Assembly (NCBI GenBank): GCA_002633005.1
Contig: NMRA01000377.1
Coordinates: 1-64,000, forward strand
DNA from: Phoronis australis
Lineage: Eukaryota > Animalia > Phoronida
Direction: 5' to 3'
Length of the DNA stretch: 64,000 bases
Both the position numbers and the translations under genes were made by a program. Positions 58,631 to 64,000 of the stretch are shown here, in pieces; positions within the stretch are counted from its first letter, which is position 1; each line of letters begins with the position of its first letter. Under the pieces are notes generated by a model. The model made no database searches, had not been told where the DNA came from, and saw only the letters and a list, made by a program, of their open reading frames with translations.

Positions 58631-59492
58631 GCTAAAAGCACTCATAGAAGCACATTGTTTGCGGTGCTGTCGTGGGAGCATTTCAATGCTCCGCGTTGCT
58701 CTTATTGTGTAGAAAGTTCTATGGTTTTTGCATAAATCATTAGATGTTGAATAATGTTCATGAATAATACTTATTTTTCTGTAATTCGCCACCTGTCTAT
58801 TGTTACACATGTAGGTCATGTGAAAAAGGGTCACTTTGTAGAGTCCTTGACTGGCACAATGTGACAAAACTTTCGGTATCAAAGCATAATACAACAAAAG
58901 AAAAAGATGGATTGCAATCTGAGTGAAAACTGGTGGTTTATTGTACAGCAGCTTGTAGTGACAGTATACAATCTGACAGCATGCAAAACTGAGCTGAATG
59001 CCATCACTGAACAACGACGCTGCACCACTACCCACTCATTTTTTATGGAACGTAACCCGCATTATTCACAAGCGCCAAAGTTTTATTTTGTTGTTTTTTC
59101 ATCGGCATCGTTTTAACTGAATAATCAACGTTTGTGCTTCTGTTTTGTCTGGAGCTGTGGTAATATCGGGAACTTTTTGATTTTAGTCCTCGTCAAATAA
59201 TTAGGTCATGATAGAACACTGCGAAATTGACGGACAAAAATGTTGGTCTTTGAGGTAATATGTAGTTCCCATCTTTTCTCCAATTGCAGATAAGTCTTCA
59301 AAGATGATGGAAATATTGTAATTTTATTAGCAATAAATTCTTTCTTTATTCAACCTATTGCTGTTGTGAGCCGCGACTGTATGTCATGATCCGTGATTGT
59401 CGTGAGCCATGTCTGTCATGACTTGCTATTGTCGAGTTCCTTGTACGTATAGATTGATACAGAATTGTTATTACAGCACATTATAACTCTGG

Positions 59493-59562
59493 TGGGGCCT
59501 TCACCCACCTGAGGGGAAAGGTGCCTGCTGAGAGAATTTTTTTGGTTGAGTGGAAAGTTCAC
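59493..59562 (-). repeat. Dispersed repeat fragment; inverted copy at about 63070-63143 and related sequence at about 3912-3991
   Basis: The reverse complement GGTGAACTTTCCACTCAACCAAAAAAATTCTCTCAGCAGGCACCTTTCCCCTCAGGTGGGTGAAGGCCC aligns with GGTGATTTTCCCTCACCCAAAAATCCCCTCAGAAGGCAC...TCCCCTCAGGTGAACGAAGGCCC. Confidence 0.7.
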
Positions 59563-62500
59563 CACTCTTCCCCAACCACCAATTCCATCCCTCAGGCGAC
59601 ACCCCTCTTCAGCAGTGCCTCAAGTAATCAAAACTAACATTTTGCATTAGTGATTTTAACCATGGAAGGCCCTTTTTACTCATAGGAAGGTAATTTTAGG
59701 GCCTGAGAAGAATTTCACATAGTTATTTTATAAAAGGGAATGGGGCTGATTGGCCCCAATACGTCACAAAATTGGTTCAACTCAGGAGTTGGTAACCAAC
59801 AGTATAGCTTAGGAAGTGCATCCAGCCCTATCCAACAATTTTGTGTAGCCATGACAACATGTTAGCAACTTATTTCAGTTGTGTGCGTTAGGCCTGTGGA
59901 CAATTTCCATCTATCTTTGTAAATCTTAAATGTGCAAAATACCGCTGCGTTCCATCACACAGCCTGACACATCTATAAATATAGTAAAATTGTATCAATT
60001 AAGTGAGGACGCAATATGGTGGACAAGTCAAGTTTTATTTGGTCATTTTTATAAAAGACGGTGATCACCAAAATAAGACTGTACTTTACCAACATAGTGT
60101 CATTCACATGAAAAAGTTACAAGTAGTTTTTAGTCAATGGCCTCACGTAGATCCAATTTTCATCTTAGGGCCACCACAGGCTGAGAGCTACGCGCTCAAC
60201 TCGCCGCCTCAAGTTAAATTTACCTCATGTCATTGCTATCTGCCCACAGTGAGGCAAAATGTTCACCACTTGTAAACTACGCTTGTAGCAGTCGGCGTAA
60301 ATGCAGTACACGCAGTTACAATAACCATCGAAATAGATTTGTTGTTGTCTTTTACGGTAACACACTATGGTAATTTATGTCTTTTGGCTACTCAGTGGTG
60401 TTGGCTATGCTTTTAGCTCACTTTGCCTGTATGCTAAAGTTTCGAACTACAGGTATGGGTTGAATGACACTTTGATATGTCAACAGAGTCCTGCCCTCTT
60501 GTGGTCTGAAGCACAACTAACAAACTCTTCTCTAACAGTTAGTTCTGAGGATATTTTCTTGGTCGCTTAGCAACACATGTCTGGATTTTTTTTACTGAAA
60601 GCCAACTTTTGATTTAGACCACTTACTAGGAAATTGCTCTTAACTTGTTACTTTTTTAGTTGAGAGATTTCTTGGTTGGCAAAACTGGCAGTTTGTCATT
60701 AGTTGAGACCATACTCAAGGCATGAAATGTTCCTTCGTGACAAATTAACATGTAGAGCCTGGTCTCAAGGAGTAACCAGCTGTCAACTTTGCAACGCTAA
60801 CTTATCTAAATCAAGGAGTTTGTTTTTGCGATGAAAGGTAGCTTTGTAGCAATTTTAATGAATAAAACTTTATCTTGATGATTTAAAATGTTTCACTATG
60901 TTGTGCGTTAACCCTATCTGATATTGTAACTATTTAGTCAGATGTAGGGCTTAAGTATCCACTGCATTGGAAATCTATGCTTGATAAATCTGAATGTCTT
61001 AAAATGTCATTTGATTAGTCTGTCTCCTGTTAAGAAACAGTCGCAAAACCATAAGTGAGATTGGCACCGGGAGTCCATTGGATGAAAAGTGACTTAAGGC
61101 AAGACAGAAATTTGCTCTTACGCTCCTACTTAATGGTGAATACGTTATAGCCGAGAAATAATTTATAGAAATTATCCTAGTAACTTACAGTTATGTGTAT
61201 GTTCTCAGAGACTTCCTGTTTTTACTCGAGTGAGATTTACGATTATTATTCAAAAATGTTCTTTGGAGCCTACGACCAAATTTCTGACTGAATGATGCAT
61301 ATGCCTGCTTTTAACTATACTAATGTATAGCAGGAACTAAACGACACTATGCTATTTTAACGTAATCCTCGCTGAACAAAGTGCAGTTGTATTCAATGAC
61401 AATTTGTAAACGTGAAAACAAAAAATTCTGCAAGTAGGTGACCTTTGCACTAATGACGACGTACCTCGCACAGCCCGCATCATGCAGTGTCATTCCCCAA
61501 CACCACGTTACGATACTCACTGAACACGGTTCAGTTATTTGTGGCGGATCATGTTTGCCACAAAACTCGTAAAAACATTTTGAAATTTTCAACCTACTTC
61601 ATACTCACGTCGTCGTTATACGTTACATGTTTCTTACTGATTTGGCCAAGCATTCACAAAGATAAGTTATTAGCCTGCAAGTTACACAAGTCTTAAATCA
61701 CTTTTCGTGAAACCGATTTCAACCTACATGTATATCTGAATTACAATCATTACCTGATATTTGCCCCTATAAACTGATTTTTGTTTCATTTTTCTCCAAC
61801 TATTGTTTCCCTTATCCATCAATCATGTGATGTCAATATGGTTCAAGTAGTGACCCGTCCTTGACCTCACAACTTCATTTGCAAATCTGCAGTTTGCAGA
61901 AACAGCAGGCACCTCATTGATAAGTTGTCACTCCTCTAAATTAAGTTACAGCCATTGCTCACTGGTGATGGTTGCAAGGCTTTTTAGCAATCCTAGCTTT
62001 AAAGGGCTGGACCTTATCCAGAGGTCTGCATTCAGCTAAATATTGAATACTGAATGCAGCTTAGTAAAGGAATTGCATATTTTCTGAAAATAGTTTGCCT
62101 ATAGAATTTAATTTTTGTCTTTATACCAATCTGTCATTGATTGGGTCACGTGACCATGTCTTTAGTAAAGTTTAGCCTTCTCGAATCATTTGAGATTTAC
62201 TGAATCTGGTGACTACTTTTATTGACCAATTCCTTGTACTTTAGTTGTTCTATCGCACTTGCACTGCAGGTCGCATTTTTGCTCTATCACCGTACAGTTT
62301 TGCCACAATTGTGAAAATAGGAAGGTCCGTTTTGGGGTGAAATCGGACACGTGATACTAGTAGTCTTTTTGGAGTTTTAGCTTGTGTCCTCAAGACTTGT
62401 TTGTATTGTCATCAGTTTCATGCTCCGACTAAACATTCTCTAATTAGTTGAGATTTTCTGATTTGATGAAATGGGAAATTCGTGTATTTTACGTTTTTGT

Positions 62501-63273
62501 AACGAAACTTTAAAAACACTTACTCATGGGGTTCTCCCTTAATAATAATCCAAATATTCTGAGCATGTCACTGTTATTTATACCAAAAATGAGTCACAAA
62601 TAAACACCCCTTTTTTACAACACTATTTCAATCATTTGTCTTGCTGTTTAAACATGACTTATGATTTAAAACATGGATCAGAGCTTTTCAAACGTGTCTC
62701 GAGCTATACAAATGTGATGCTGAACAAAATGCCAAGCCCAGTTTTTTAACCTGGTCTCTAGAGGGAGTGAATTGTCAGTTCTTCCAAGTTCAGAAATCAC
62801 ATCTCTTAGAATCGGAGTGAGGAACAATTTCAGACTACGTTTACGTAAGTCGGTAGTCAGATATAGTCCTTTTTGGCAGAAGGCGATTTAGTGAGACAAT
62901 GCAGAGCCCCCGATGCTTCGATATTGGGGTCAAATATCACCTCTATTCTTCCCAGAAGCTTTTTTAAAAATTACGTAAGAATTCCCCTTCAAGTCTGATT
63001 ACAAATACCCGTCAAGATTAGATTCACTTTTTATCTTGCACTGTCCCTGGAGTTGATGGCAACCGGGACGGGTGATTTTCCCTCACCCAAAAATCCCCTC
63101 AGAAGGCACGGGCCCCTCTCCCCTCAGGTGAACGAAGGCCCTTCAGTCAAGCTCTCGTGGTTGTGGTTACTATTAACGTTCAGTTTGGCCCACTTGTATC
63201 TTATGTTCCATAGCTGTTGTTCTCACTGCCTTGACACAGAATCTTTCTGTTTCAGGTTTACTGTGGGTCAGTC

Positions 63274-63394
63274 ATGGGACCCCAGGAAGACTATGTGGAG
63301 ACAGTGGTCACCTGTGTTGGTGACTACTATGACCCAGAGTTCCCCAGCCAGCTACGCAAGTTCCGGCACAGTTTACAAAAATTGCTGTTCTCCG
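63274..63394 (+). CDS. Probable first coding exon of an unidentified gene (MGPQEDYVETVVTCVGDYYDPEFPSQLRKFRHSLQKLLFS); exon 63256..63394, gene continues beyond the window
   Basis: Acceptor TCTTTCTGTTTCAG| at 63255, Kozak-like GTCATGG, coding-like GC3 bias and donor CCG|GTACGT. I do not recognise the family. Confidence 0.6.
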
Positions 63395-64000
63395 GTACGT
63401 GTTTCACATCAGATTTAACATCATGTCTTCACGAAACTGCTGTGTTGTGTTTTGTATAGGGCAGACTTTGTTGCTGTTTTTTTACTCCTGGACCACTACT
63501 TGACACTTGTCTTGAAAGTTGATCAATTGCATGTCATACTTCGAGTAAAATTCCAAATTTGTCCTCGAAATTTTCTGTATGATTGGCTAAGCAGAGTAGG
63601 GCAACTTTATGTCCATGGTCAAGATCAGGAAAAAAGGGGTTTTCACTGACTGTTCTAACAGGGCACCCTCTTTTAATTTCAGGTACTGACTTCACTGTCT
63701 TATTAAATTCTGCTTTTTTCTCCCTGTTTTAAATTTGTTGAACCAGCTTGTCCTTTGTGGATTTCCAAAAAAGCCCTACCACTATAAAGACCCCATAGAG
63801 TTGTTTTGAAAATGAGGGCTGAAGAAGCCTCTGGGTTTTCTTTTGTAATCTTTTTGCATTTCTGGTATGGTATTTCTGGTTTGTAAGATGTGGCAAAAAT
63901 GTCATCGAGTTGAGTGGAGGGTATAAGTTGCCTAAAATTTGGAACAGCTTGATCACAACACCACTTAGTGTCCAATAACTTCGGACGGCTGATGCTGATA

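Overview
AT-rich, intron-rich eukaryotic (metazoan, probably invertebrate) genomic DNA with no prokaryotic features. Two complete genes can be assembled by hand from GT-AG exons. On + is a 7-exon TIKI/TRABD2-family Wnt-inactivating metalloprotease (CDS 1025..40334, 501 aa, 22.9-kb second intron). On - and tail-to-tail with it is eIF2-alpha (EIF2S1; CDS 50431..45355, 7 coding exons, 324 aa, intact Ser51 motif). A probable first coding exon of an unidentified third gene lies at 63256..63394 (+). The rest is intronic or intergenic DNA with many short non-autonomous DNA transposons, a degenerate tRNA-derived SINE head, minisatellites, and three near-perfect tandem duplications, each split by a single N and most likely assembly artefacts. 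I see no clearly novel biological system. The best leads are regulatory hypotheses: a tandem multimer of TCF/LEF sites inside the Wnt-antagonist gene, stacked uORFs with an AUG-stop element next to the TIKI start, and a 1.4-kb repeat carrying about nine co-oriented CTCF-like motifs at roughly 145-bp spacing. All motif calls were made by eye and are unscored.
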